A stretch of 64,000 nt of DNA from Squalus acanthias (Eukaryota): assembly GCA_030390025.1 (NCBI GenBank), contig CM059431.1, forward strand, positions 113,586,001-113,650,000. Direction: 5' to 3'. Positions 36,143 to 48,721 of the stretch are shown one piece after another (position 1 is the first letter of the stretch; each line of letters starts with the position of its first letter). Both the position numbers and the translations under genes were made by a program. The notes under the pieces are model-generated. The model was not told the DNA's origin and ran no database searches. It worked only from the letters and a program-made list of their open reading frames with translations.

Positions 36143-36589
36143 GTATCAGCCATGGCTCAGTTGGTAGCACTAAATCAGAAGGTTGTGGGTTCAAGTCCCA
36201 TTCCAGAGACGTGAGCACAAAAATCTGGGCTGACATTCCAGTGCAGTACCGAGGGAGTGCTGCACTGTCAGAGGTGCTGTCTTTCAGATGAGACGATAGA
36301 CCGAGGCCCCGTCTACTCTCTCAGGTGGATGGCACTATTTTGAAGAAGAGCAGGGGAATTATCCCCGGTGTCCTAGCCAAAACTTATCCCTCAATCAACA
36401 TCACTAAAACAACAGACTATCTGCTCATTATCACATTGCTGCTTGAGGGAGCTTGCTGTGCCCAAATTGGCTGCCACGTTTCCTACATTACAACAGTGAC
36501 TACACTTCAAAATTACTTCATTGGCTGTAAAGCGCATAGGGACATTCTGAGGTCATGAAAGCCACTATATAAATGCAAGTATTTCTTTC
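36143..36589 (+). mobile_element. tRNA-derived SINE (SacSINE1/Deu-SINE-like)
   Basis: Pol III A box tggctcagttgg and B box ggttcaagtcc, with a 3' end tgtaaagcgc...tatataaatgcaagt. Two more copies in the window. Confidence 0.8.
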
Positions 36590-37599
36590 AGTGAGTGCAG
36601 ATTTCTTGCAAACAGTCAAAATGGAGCTGGACGAGCTCCTGGAGGAGGCTGATATTGTTGCATGTAAAAGATGGGTGATGTATATCATGGTCACTGTTAT
36701 CTCTTCAAACTTGTTTTTGATCGCATTCGGGGGTTGGAGAGGAGTTTCCCAGTTTTTTTTCCCCTTAATTGGCATTTTTTAAATCTGTTTTTTTTGCCTC
36801 ACCTAGGAGATGACATGGCAGCTGGTTGCTGGGGACCTTTGAGAGCCATGGTGCTTAGTTGTAACATAACTGAATGCGACAGGCTTAATGGGCCAGATGA
36901 TATTTTATTTTATATCTTTTTCGTGTTTTGTACAACCGTACGGTTAGGCTTGCAATGTGAAGCAAGGTCACTTGGACAAGGTACTCCATGGCTAGTGCTG
37001 CCATAGATACTCTTTCAAGTCCAGTGCCCTCAGTTGCTTTATGGGATTTGCCTCACACAGCCCTGTATCTACTTGTACAATAGCAGGACCTGAACCGGAT
37101 ATCAGTGTCTCATGTGTATTTCTTCAATCTCTTTGAAGGCAGACTGAGTTAACAGTGAGGCGAGGTTTGATTCAAATCATTAATCATGAATTGCAATATT
37201 CTACAGTAAGGTGAACGTACAGTAATTCAGTTAATTGGCTAGCTCGTTCAAAGAGCTGACACAGGCACGATGGGCCAAATGGCCTCCTTCTGTGCTGTAT
37301 GATTCTATGAATTCAATCAGTAAAACTTATCATTGCATGATATAAAAATAATGAAAAAGTTATGCTACCCCAATTTTGTGGATCACTTTCTTAATTTAAA
37401 CAGAATAATTCCATTGTATTCTGCCCGACAGCCAGGGTAGAAACTCTTCTCCTGCAGTGTCCTTTCAACTTTCTCACAGCACTTAGCTGCCTTACTGGTT
37501 CCCAGTTGAGGGCATAGGCATAGGTTTCTAGCAATTACCTTTTAAAATAAGTATTTGATTAAAAGGGCAGGATGTTTCAGCAGAAGGGAATATACCTTT

Positions 37600-37925
37600 T
37601 GTCTTTCAGGATTCCAGCAAAACTAGAGGCCATCAATATAAGATAGTCACCAAGTAATCAAATAGGGAATTCAGGAGAAACTCCTTTACCCAGAGAGTGG
37701 TGAGAATGTGGAACTTACTACCACAAGGAGTGGTTGAGACGAATAGTACAGATGCATTTAAGGGGAGGCTAGATAAGCATATGAGTGAGAAGGAATAGAG
37801 GGTTATGCTAATAGAGTTAGATGAGGAAAGACGGGAGGAGGCTCGAGTGGAGCATAAATGCCGGAATGGACAGGTTGGGCCGAATGGCCTGTTTCTGTGC
37901 CGTATATTCTGTGTAATTCTATGTA
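37600..37925 (+). mobile_element. CR1 3' fragment
   Basis: Homologous to 24740-25040 and 59070-59385. Confidence 0.8.
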
Positions 37926-38227
37926 AGATTTCACCTAGTTCTTCTAACAGAACACTTTATGAGACTTTGACAGAAAATTATAAGAGGTAAACAGGAACAA
38001 TGGTTGACTGTGCTGCATGTAAACCTGACAGAATCCCAAATTTTCAAAACAGTGGGGGCGATTTTAAACCTACCAGATGGGTGGGCAGTTAAAATCGGCC
38101 AGGTTACTTACCCACCCTGGAGACACCGGGAGGTGACGATTCCCGATTTTACCCTGCTCAACTGAGCAGGTGGCAAGGACGCCCATCAAAAACCAGGACC
38201 CGACTGCAATTTTAACTTGCCGGAGAT

Positions 38228-38450
38228 GTAGGCGTCGCTGGCAAGGCCATCATTTATTGCCCATCCTTAATTGCCCTTGAGAAGGTGGTGGTGAGCCACC
38301 TTCTTGGCAACTGAGCCATTTCAGAGGGTAGTTAAGAGTCAACCACATTGCTGTGGGTCTGGCGTCACATGTAGGCCAGACCGGGTAAAGACGGCAGATT
38401 ACCTTCCCTGAAGGACATTAGTGAATCAGATGGGGTTTTACGACAATGGT
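38228..38450 (-). mobile_element. SINE-like fragment with the 3' tail of the 14690-17160 LINE
   Basis: 38228-38305 is the reverse complement of about 17070-17140, joined to sequence not found in that LINE. Confidence 0.5.
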
Positions 38451-38478
38451 TATACATGCATTTGGATAAAAGGATAAT

Positions 38479-39237
38479 GGCCTGGAATTTGCTGGAAAAA
38501 ATAAACAGCATGTGAACAACACACATCGTTATTAATGTACAACTCGGCCAGCAACTTGTGGCGGGGAAGAGATACCCCGTGAATTGTGAATCGCCACAAG
38601 TTGCTAGATGATTTGTGTCGCTCCGCCGTTAGCTTCACGAAAATGGCTTCTGGCACTTAACCTCGCCGTGAGTTTCATGAAGTTGCACAGTAAATTCCCA
38701 TTAAACTCACCACAGAAAGTTAAGTCTAGTAATTAATAGCGTAAGTACCCTTTTAACGACATGATAATTGTTAATGACTGCCAATCAACCTCTCTGGCTC
38801 AGAAAGTGAACAATTAAAAGTGTGGAGTCTCATGCTTTCAAGTAGTGCTTCATTGTTGGAGATTTAAAAAATGTAAAATATTAAATATTTAATTTTTTTT
38901 CTTACTTTTACTTTCTGTCTCTTTTTCTCTCTCTCTTAATCCAATCTTTATTTCCCTCTCTTTATTTCTTTTTCTGTACCTGATTTGACTCTAATTCACC
39001 CTCCTTCTAGACCTACCTCTGTTTCTTTCTCAATCCTTAAATCTCAGTGGATAAGCAGATATGCTGTTGGTCCTATCATTCACCAAGGTCGCAGATGCCA
39101 CGCTGCCCTCGCTGCATGTTATCAGCTCACACTTCCAGCAACTTACAGGGCAAAATGTTTTTGAGCTGAAGTTACAGGAAGAAGGTTTAACTAACCGGGT
39201 ATGGTGTGAGATTTCCTGCTCCAGCAAATTCCAGCCC
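38479..39237. mobile_element. Harbinger-type MITE (family 3)
   Basis: 18-bp TIRs GG(C/G)CTGGAATTTGCTGGA and TSD AAT. Confidence 0.85.
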
Positions 39238-41049
39238 AATGTCATCACAATCTCCCATTTAACTGGTGAGCCTACAATATAAATTGGCTTGACGAGAGGT
39301 AGATCGGTCATTGTTCATAAATATCAAGGCCCAGAAGTTCCAAGTCCTGTGAGCCACCACCAGAAGGTGTGGCAAGACAGGACTTGGGTGGTTCAAAGAT
39401 GCAAATCCTGCCAGGAATTGGTTAGTTACACCAGGGAAGCCCTGAAAACTGTGGGGCAGGGGGGAGGAAAACATTGCTGGGGTGTAGCTACAGCATTTAA
39501 AGCTGGACAGACCTTAATGGGAAGTGATGTTAATGGTTCTCCACTCCCCTGGGAGGGAGAGGGCCTTGTATAAGCAACCTCCCACTCCATTCTGGCTCCC
39601 ATGACTTAACTCTAGGCCTCAGCCTCTACCGAGGCCTACAAGACTGCAGTTCCATCAATCTTTGGGCAATGCTGCTCGTTTAACTCTATTCCCACCTCTT
39701 CAGATGCTACAGTAATGTTCCCGCACCAGCACCAGCAGCATTTCCCTCTTCGCACTAACAGGCTCTGTGATGGTGGTGGGAATCCTGCCAGCAACCCTAC
39801 ATGCGTTTTCGATGAGACCTAAACCAGGTAAATGGTTCAGGGTTGAGGCAGTATTAGGGGAATGGCCAGAACTTCACCCTGAAGAGGATAATCCCGACCA
39901 AATAGTCTAGATTAGGAAATGACATATGTTGATTTATAAGTCACAAGGTAGCCAGAGGGTGAGGTATCTGAGCGGAGGCTTAGGAAGTATTAGTGCCTAG
40001 CTGAAGAACATTTAGATGATGATCTCTGGGGTCCTGCCATGAAAAGAAGAACATCAAAGACCTATGAACGCACGTTCCAAAAATATACAGCACATGATAG
40101 AGCTGATGGCAAAGCCCAACTCTCTCCTTTGTGAGAATGTCAGAGAGGGCTTCGTAACAATGCTGAGCAACCTGAAATGAGTGGTAGCTGCAGGAACCTC
40201 TGCTTAACTCCCACAGAACACAGAGGCCGAGAGGGAATCCAATGTGCACATTTTGACCCCTGGTATCCAGGCCTTGGGAAACAGAAGGGAAAGAGTGATA
40301 TCTTTGGGTTTTCGGGATCCCCAGGGTACCACTTTAAACATTTTGTGGGATATTTGATATACTCTCAGAGATTAATGCATTTTAGTAATCCAGGAAGGTC
40401 TGTTCTCCTGCGGATTAGTGGCAACCAAGATCTTGATCCCATACCTAGTGGAAGAGCAGCAGACCGCTCCCAGGATTCTGCCTTCTCTCAGGACAGTAGT
40501 ACCAGAGAGTTCTCTGCTCAGTCACTACAGAAGTGTTCACAGGTGGAAGAAAATCAGCAAGCCAAGGCTGAGAAGAGCCTGAGGCCAAAGAAGCAGTCGG
40601 TTGCAGGTCTATACCAGGTCTCAGCAGCCCTGAGAAGAGGCCCACATCTATCCCAAGAGGCTCAAAGTCACATAGAGTAGCAGCTGAGATCTTAGACCCA
40701 GGCCCTCATGTGGCACATGGAAGAAGTGTTTGAATAGGATTGAGAAAAACTAAAAAGTCACAAGGGGAGTACACAGTGGTGAGTCTAATTGACTTCTCAG
40801 TTATAAAGTTGCAGAACCTTTATATGACTGTTGTTGTCAGAAACACTAATTGATATTCATGATTTTATTGTTGAAAACATAAAGATGCACTGGAAGTGAA
40901 AAAGATGTTTGCGGACTTGAAATTCTCATGGGACTTCTGCTTTTAATGGTAAATGGAATGTTTTGAATAGTTGTACATGTAAATTTCTTGACGCATCATG
41001 GTTATTACAGATGTTGTATAGCTCTAATTTAATCAGATATTATGGAAAG

Positions 41050-41380
41050 TGATGACTTTATCTCACAGCTCTCTCCCAACATCTGTCTGTGACCCTGTTG
41101 TCTCCTCCTCATCTTATGAAGTTCAACTTCTAATTCTGCCTCCTCCTCAGGAAATCACAACTTTCAGACCTGAGCAAGATTGTTGGGTACACAGATTATT
41201 CTACAATTCATGAGACAACATTGGCAGCATACTCGAGGGAGCCCTGGACATAGTAAGACACCTGACTCTTCACAGAATCTTCTGAGTCTATACACCCTGT
41301 TGGCTGGGTAGCTGTGGGAAGGTGGGAATCTCGTGTTGTGCTGTCATGACCCTGGCCTTCTAGCTTCTCTGCTATTCCTT
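41050..41380 (-). mobile_element. Possible highly degraded Harbinger transposase C-terminus
   Basis: The minus strand near 41215-41270 reads VRCLTMSRAPLEY, resembling [13 protein letters not shown], followed by acidic codons. Confidence 0.35.
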
Positions 41381-43000
41381 CTTCTCCTCCAAACTATATA
41401 TCATAAAGAGGGGGATCCGTATTAGATAACCCATACTGCAAGCTGACAGCATATTTTAGGGAAATTCTCTAAGCAAGATACTGTCTCGAGGGAGATGGGA
41501 GAACCCAAATAAAAATGGAAAAAAAGAATACAAAAAAATCACTTCAAAGTAAGGAAATTACTATATATTGCACAATGAAGTATGATAATTTACCTTAAAG
41601 AATCTAGCACTAGCCCTCCTTAACTGCTGATCTAAGCTATCTCAGTTTCATAGTGTCATATCTTAGATGGACAGTTCCTGGAGCAGAAATTACAGAATTT
41701 AGGATGGGTGATGCGATTCAGTCCGAAACCCTCCATTGATATGGCTGTACTTGTGATAGGGTGGGTGCATCTTCTTCCATCTTTCTTCGGCAGAATTTAT
41801 GGCAGGTCTTAAATAGGACTTTAAGCTGGTCTATGTCCCAAATTCCAACTCCCCTAGATAGATCTGCTAAATTTTCACCCTACCAAACCAGCAGAATTTT
41901 GAGATCCAAACCCTGAACCCAGAATGGAATGATTTTGAGTTTTGATTTTCTTTTTTTCTTTGAAGGATCCCCATTATTTTGGTTGTATGTTCGATTTTTA
42001 TAGTGCAGTTTGCAGAGTAGTTTTAACTTTACTGGAAAGTCTTTTTTCCATCAGCAATTAATCTATGTTCAAAGCAGCATGTATCATATTAGATGCTGTC
42101 TTCTTTTATCACCCATCTCTTGTCCAAAACTGTACATAGTCCTGGGGGAAGTGCATACTGCATACAGCTAGGCCATTTCTTTTTCAAATTAAATTGAGCA
42201 ATTAAATGTGAATTATTATTTGTATTATGTAACATTATGTTGATTGTAAAACTATCGCAAATATAATACAGCAGCTTTTACTGAATATATACTTAATTCT
42301 ATTTAACTATATTTAAATTCAATTTGAATGAAATAACTGTTATATATTTAATATAAGTCTGAGCAGAGCAAAACCATTCAATATCACTGGTAAAATTTGC
42401 CTTATTATTGAAAGTTTCATTTTGGCATATAAAATGCAGTCATACATAAATAAACACTTACTCGGATGCAGCTGCATTTCCTGGGAACTTACTAACCTTG
42501 GGCACATGGCCATATCATATAAATATGCTGCGTCTCAAGTGAAAACGTACTTCCCTTGCAAAGTGAACACACTATGAATATTCTCATTCAAGGTAGGGGC
42601 AAAGAGTACTTTGTAAAGCGTATGTTAATTTTGTCAAATGTGCATATTCTGGATGGCAGACAGAGTGTGCTGATATAATTCATTCTTGATTTACGATAAC
42701 AATTTTCCCCCTCCCTTTTGAATTTATGGCAGTTCATGCCTTTTTTTTCACACAATATCTATTACAGCTCTAGAAAAAGCTGTAAAACTGAGCCACGCTG
42801 TCAACAATCCATTGCAGGCAAGAATAAACCTGCCAAATCCGTGAACGCTCCTGAAAAAACTATACCTGTGACTTGAAGTGGGTCATCTTTTAATCGGCGA
42901 TAGTCGTAGACACTGATGAGGATGTTAACTGACTCTGGAATTCAGAAGAAATCCTCTGTCACAAGAATGATCCAGTCAACCCATGCCTATCCTAAATGAT

Positions 43001-43165
43001 CATGATGCGGAGATGCCGGTGTTGGACTGGGGTGGACAAAATTGAGAGGTCGCACAACACCAGGTTATAGTCCAACAGTTTTATTTGAAATCACAAGCTC
43101 CGAAAGCTTGTGATTTCAAATAAAACTGTTGGACTATAACCTGGTGTTGTGCGACCTCTCAATTT
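43001..43165. mobile_element. Minimal palindromic Penelope (family B) insertion
   Basis: Same sequence as the ends of 61205-63766. Perfect 62-bp inverted repeat and a 12-bp TSD TATCCTAAATGA (42988-42999, 43166-43177). Confidence 0.9.
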
Positions 43166-43734
43166 TATCCTAAATGAGACACTGCATGAATATTCTGAGA
43201 AGTTGCAGCTAAATTGCCATTGGAGTGATCTGGTTAACCACATTTTATATTGAGCAGGCACAAAGAGGGGGGCAACATGTTTACTGAAGTGCTGTAAGGA
43301 ATCAATATTTAACCTTAAACTTTACTGATCTGAGAAGACAGACATTATAATCCAATAAGTACTAGACAACAAGACAAGAATTCGTAAACAGTGCTTATGG
43401 CATCAGCAGAACACCAAGGCGAATCTTTTGTCTTAAGCTCAATGCTAGCTTTTGGTTCCATTAAATTATTATATATATAGGGTCCAACAACAATGCAGGT
43501 CCAGCACCTCTTTGGGTGTTGCACATACCTATATCACAGTGTGCTGTCCTCATACTATTATGTGAGGTCAGCTCATTAGCATTTTATCACAGTGCTCATA
43601 GCACACAGTGCATGACACGGTGGGGGTGCACCACAGTCACAGGGTGGGTTATCCAGTGCCAACAGATCTTACATGGCTGCTACATGGCTGCTGGTTGCTC
43701 TTAAAGCTGTTGTTCTAGTGAAAAGGATAAAAAT

Positions 43735-43965
43735 AATTGTAGCAAAGACCCATGTTAGAATTTCTCCATTCAGTGATGTAGCTTTGGAGGTTCTGCTGCA
43801 GGAAGTCCTACAAAGAAGGGTGGTCCTCTGTGGAGTACAGGGCCACCCTCCAGTGAAGGCCAGAACCAAAGTAGCATGGATGGAGGTGGCTGAAAAAGTG
43901 AATGCTGTCTCACCTGTTCAGCAAAAATAAGATAGGGTGGAATTTTCAAGGCCTCATCCATGAAT
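43735..43965 (+). pseudogene. Harbinger Myb/SANT-like protein exon remnant
   Basis: FSDVALEVLLQEV...AWMEVAEKVNAVS, homologous to 44282-44539. Confidence 0.7.
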
Positions 43966-44281
43966 TTCTGATTTCCATTGGTGCTGAGTGAGGTAACTCA
44001 TGATGGACATGGATTTAGAGGGCTGGATTTTGTCACTGGGGGGCGGGCTGGGGTGTGTCAGGTGGTCGGCGGTTCCCGACCCCGCCTCTGATGTGAGGCG
44101 GAACAATTGAGCCATTTTGCCCTAATTGGGCACTTGATTTCCAGCGTGTGGGAACCCCTGGCCCAATGAGTATTTTGGTCCAGAAACTCACCTCTGATGA
44201 CGTGATCTATGCAGCTGGATTTAAGGCCTGCAAGCAGCCTTGGTTCATTTTCTGCCTTAGAACTTTTGGTTGATACTTCTG

Positions 44282-46328
44282 ATGGATTCGTGCTTCAACC
44301 ATGTCAGCAGCAGACCAAAGTGTGCACCCCGTTTCGATGAGGCCTCCCTCCAAGCTCTTGTGGAGGGAGCAAGAGCGAATAAGGAAGTGCTCTTTCCTTC
44401 TTCTGGGAGGAAAAAGCCTCCCCAACAGACCAAAACTGTGTGGCTGCAAGTGGCCCAGGAGGTGAATGCCATTTCAATGTGCAGCAGAACCTGGCTGCAG
44501 TGCAGAAAGAGGTTTCATGACCTTCTCCGCACAGGAAAAGTGAGTATTACATCCCCAACACCCTCAATCTGAACCCTATCGCCTCTCATCACCAGCACTC
44601 TGCTTTGTCATCTTCCTCCTCCACATCCCACTTGACCCTTACATCCCTGCACTCTTAACCATTCCCTCTCTCTGTATGTTCACATTCACTTAACTGTTCG
44701 ACTATGCAGGCCTCACATTCCCTCTCACTGTGATGCTATGACAACAACTTACAACACACAGGGAGGGCCCTTGGTCTTGGGACCTCACTCCATCTTTGTG
44801 TCCTTCTAGGCATCTATGCTATGGATTCTCTGCACTCACTCCTTCATTCTCGCTCAAACTCCACTTGTGTCCCTCATTACAGGAAAAGAGAGCCCACAAT
44901 AAGAGGGAGAGGACGAGGACAGGAGGAGGGCCACCCTCAATAGCCCAGCTCACCATTTCAAAGGAGGCGGCCCTGGAGATCGTGGGAGTCGAGAAGGATT
45001 CGCATGTGGGGGACGGACAGATGGGCATATCACAGCAAGCTGGTGACAGAATAGTTTTTCATCTCTCTCATTGACATTGCATGAGTGACTGATCTTGATT
45101 CTAATGCTCTAACAGATTGACTAATGATCATCTGCACAAGTCAATGTGCATGCAATGTTTATCTCACATTTCTAACTCTTTCCTTTACTCGCCCACAGGA
45201 TCTTCGACAGCACCCCCCCCCCCCCCCACCCCCCCTCCCCCCCACTGTCCAGGAGAAACTGCCTGAGCCCCCAGACTCCTCAGAGGAAGATGCAACCTCT
45301 GAGGGCGCAGCATCAGCAGAATTAAGCGCACCCAGCACCAGCGCAGACACTCACACCTCGGTGGGACCTTCGCGAGATAAGTGTAGTATTGTCACCGGGT
45401 GTATCACCAATCACAACTGACCATCAGCAGATGGTGGAGACAGGGACAGCAGTGGAGAGTCCTCGTCGGAGGGCGCAGGACTCTCCCAGCTCGGCTCAGC
45501 TGCATGTCGACCCTGTGTTCCGGGTCCATCCAGAAGGAGAGCGGTGCTGGAACTCCAGGAACAGGTGCAGGAGTCTTGGCAGGTTTTATCTCCAGGGTCG
45601 CTGCGAGTGTGGAGCGAATGGAGGAGTCCATCGCTAACATGAGCAGAGCCTTTGTGGAGGCATTGGTGCATGAACGCATCACCACGGAAAGGATGGCAAC
45701 CTCCGTGGAAAGGATGGCTACCTCCATGGTAAGGCTGGCTACCATAGAGGAGAGGATGGCTACGGTAGAGGAGAGGTTGGCTACGGCCATGGAGGAGCTA
45801 AGTCACCAGGGTCTTGAAAATATGGTCATTGTTCAGAATAGACTGACATCTCTTGAGGAGCGATGGTCAGCTATTGAGCATAGAAACTAGACCTTCATGG
45901 AAGTCCTCTGGAGTAGGACTTCCAGTGCAGAAACGGGTCCTCATGGCCCCCCTGAAGTGCAGCAAGGTGCTGTCAAGCCACTTGCTAGCTCTAAAGTGGG
46001 GCTGACCCATGAGAGGGATGATGGTGGCAGACAACCAGGAAGTTGGGGTTCATCTCCAAGCGCTCACACTCCCATGCCACTGCGGAGCCCTCGGTCAGAG
46101 CCCCACCAGAGTCCTCACCTGACTGAGATGGGCGTCTCATCCCCTGCACAGCCACAGGAGCAGCAGACTGTTGCCGATCCCTCACAGGCTCGCAACCCCA
46201 GAGGACGGCCGCCAGAGGTGTCGAGGCAGGAGCAGCAAGAAATTGAGCAAGGGGCCTCCACATCTGCTGAAGCCACAGGGCAAGCATCATGTAGGAGCAC
46301 GCGTAAGAAGAAGATAAAGCACAAGTAG
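44282..46328 (+). pseudogene. Harbinger Myb/SANT-like DNA-binding protein. Predicted exons 44282-44539, 44883-45042 and 45199-46328 (frameshifted)
   Basis: PRFDEASLQALV...WLQVAQEVN...RTWLQCRKRFHDL, then EKRAHNKRERTRTGGG, with GT/AG boundaries. Exon 3 is broken at a poly-C tract and further downstream. Confidence 0.8.
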
Positions 46329-46580
46329 TCACAAGGGTAGTCACTTAGATGTTGTGATGTGTTTATATTTGAAAAGCCATCCGTGCCTTTATGTGATTAA
46401 ATAACTTGATGGCAAACTGTTGATGTTGTGGGATGTGTCATTTCACCAATGGGACTTCCACATTGAGGGTTTCGGGCGAATTGTCAGTATGGTGGTCAGA
46501 GTGATAGGAAGCCGCAGGTTTTTGTCCATTGTCGATGGTCTGGTAAGAAGCTGCGAGGCAAATGTCTTTGTTTGGGCAGG

Positions 46581-47810
46581 CTAGGCAAATCTGGCCAGGA
46601 TGAGTGCGTCCCTTGCATCCCGGGCAGCAATGTGCTCGCATGCTGCTGGTGCTGGTTGATGCACCTCGGCAACCTGTTCGTTGTCGCTCTCCTCCTCCTC
46701 CTCCTCATCTGAGGAGGCTATGCGCTGAGCCACTTGTTCCTCAGACAGCTGCAAGCCACGATGCTGTGCCATGTTGTGAAGTGCACAGCAGACCACGACG
46801 ATTCTGGAGACCCTGGCTACTGAGTACTGCAGGGCTCCACCTGATCTATCAAGGCATCTGAATCGCATCTTCAGCAAGCCAATGGTTTGCTCGATTATGG
46901 ATCTGGTGGAAATGTGGCTGTAGTTGTAGCGCTCCTCAGCTTTGTTGGATGGGCTCCTGAAGGGCATCATTAGCCACGTCTTCAGGGGATAGCACTTGTC
47001 TCCAAGTAGCCATCCGAAAAGTTGGTCTGGCGGACTGAAGAGCGGAGGCACACTAGACTGCCACAGGATGAAGGAGTCATGGCAACTGCCAGGGTACATG
47101 GTGCAAACATGCAGAATTTCCTTCTTGTGGTTACACACCAGCTGCACGTTGAGGGAGTGGAAGCCCTTGCGATTGACAAAAATACCTGCATTGTGATGGG
47201 GTGTCTTAAGGGCCACATGTGTACAGTCAACGACGCCCTGCACCCTTGGATTAGCAAAGCCAACCGCACGCGCGGTTACACTTGCTTGATCCTTGGAGAA
47301 GTTGATGTAATTGTGCGCCTTGGCAAAGAGGCCATCGGTTACCTGTGTGATGCAAGTGTGTACGGTCGCCTGGGAGATGCCGCTAATGTCTGCTGTTGAT
47401 CCCTGGAATGATCCTGAAGCAAAAAAGTTGAGTGCGGTGGTGACTTTGATGGCCACTGGTAAGGGGTGTCCACCCGCTCCTCTGGGCTCCAGGTCTTGCT
47501 GCAGCATTGCGCAGATGTCACCCACTACCTCTCGCGAAAGTCTGAGCCTCCTTTGGCACTGCTGCTCAGTCATGTTGAGGTAGCTGATCCTCTGTCTGTA
47601 AACCCTGTTTTGTGGGTATCTCCTGCGGTGGCGTACTTCCATGCGTTGGCGCCTTCTGGTCTGTGCAGCTTCAGGTGGGTGAGCAGCAGCTTGGCGCTGC
47701 TGTTGTTGCTCCTGCTGTTGGTGCTGCTGTTGCTCCGGGTGCTGCTGCTGCCACAGCTGGTCTTCGTCCGAATCTGAGGTCCGGGAGGAAAGGAAATAAA
47801 TGGTCCGCAT
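46581..47810 (-). CDS. Harbinger (HARBI1-like) DDE transposase, 409 aa, open frame
   Basis: [54 protein letters not shown] and CCALHN. The D, D and E residues are present. Confidence 0.9.
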   Translation of the reverse strand: MRTIYFLSSRTSDSDEDQLWQQQHPEQQQHQQQEQQQQRQAAAHPPEAAQTRRRQRMEVRHRRRYPQNRVYRQRISYLNMTEQQCQRRLRLSREVVGDICAMLQQDLEPRGAGGHPLPVAIKVTTALNFFASGSFQGSTADISGISQATVHTCITQVTDGLFAKAHNYINFSKDQASVTARAVGFANPRVQGVVDCTHVALKTPHHNAGIFVNRKGFHSLNVQLVCNHKKEILHVCTMYPGSCHDSFILWQSSVPPLFSPPDQLFGWLLGDKCYPLKTWLMMPFRSPSNKAEERYNYSHISTRSIIEQTIGLLKMRFRCLDRSGGALQYSVARVSRIVVVCCALHNMAQHRGLQLSEEQVAQRIASSDEEEEEESDNEQVAEVHQPAPAACEHIAARDARDALILARFA

Positions 47811-48474
47811 GCTGCAGGTATATACCTCATTTGAGGAAGCGCTCAGTCAAGGTGGGGAGAGGGGTTTCCCAGGAGGTCACACTGGAGATGGATCTCAGCT
47901 TCAAAACTTCCACAATGAGTAGGCCTGATTAAAGTTCTCCCAGCTCTGAGAAAACAAAGTTCTGCTACCTGCAAATGATCATTGTTGAAAAATCCTTTTT
48001 AATGGTGGAGCTGCAGCTGTTAGTAAGCCATCCACTTGTGAGGCCGCCAGGATTAACTGGCGTGTTCCAGAGGAGACGTGTAGCACGGGGGAAATGTGTT
48101 AAACTCAGAAAGACCTCTCAAAATGGCATTATAGACCCAATTAAGTGCTTGTTAAGGGCCTTAAGGGCCTATCCCGCCTCTTGGAGGTGGGATGGAAACG
48201 GGGGTCTGAAAGTCCGATTTCGGGAAAATTGCTCGGAGGCGGGCTGGAGGCGGGATCAGATCCGCCCGCCAGTTTCTGCTAATTTAACACCTCACAAGCC
48301 TCCAAACCCGCCTCCTCGGGCCTGGCAAAATCAAGCCCAGAAAGTCTACTCTGGTTATTCCACTTTAAAGGACATAGCATGGTGACCATGCCTCTCATCC
48401 AGCACCTGTTTCATATGGGTACTGAGCATTTGGAGCACTGCTTAATCAGTTTTAATTGGTTTCTAACCTCTTTA

Positions 48475-48720
48475 GGAACATAGGAACAGGAGCAGGTCAT
48501 TTAGCCCCTCGAGCCTGTTCCTCCATTCAATGAGATCATGGCACATCAGCGATCTAACTCCATATACCCGCCTTTGCCTCAAAGCCCTTAATACCTTTGG
48601 TTAACAAAAATCTATCAATCTCAGATTTAAATTAACAATTGATCTAGCATCAATTGCCATTTGGAGAAGAGAGTTCCAAACTTCTACCACCCTTTGTGTG
48701 TAGAAGTGTTTCCTAATTTC
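48475..48720 (-). mobile_element. CR1 3' end fragment
   Basis: IRKHFYTQRVVEVWNSL, plus a 3' UTR like that at 17915-17990. Confidence 0.75.
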
Positions 48721-48721
48721 G

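Larger units (their letters stand above)
44020..48338. mobile_element. Full-length PIF/Harbinger transposon with two convergent genes
   Basis: TIRs GGGCTGGATTTTGTCA / TGGCAAAATCAAGCCC and a 3-bp TSD AGA. Myb gene on +, transposase on -. Confidence 0.92.

Noticed and set aside
36143..36210. tRNA gene
   Set aside because: A and B boxes are present, but there is no complete cloverleaf. It runs into a SINE body found three times in the window.
43038..43166. miRNA precursor, terminator or assembly fold-back artefact
   Set aside because: The arms are Penelope pseudo-LTR sequence, and the insert has a clean 12-bp TSD, supporting a real insertion.
46581..47810. Domesticated host gene HARBI1
   Set aside because: It is flanked by TIRs, a TSD and a Myb partner gene, so it is a transposon copy.
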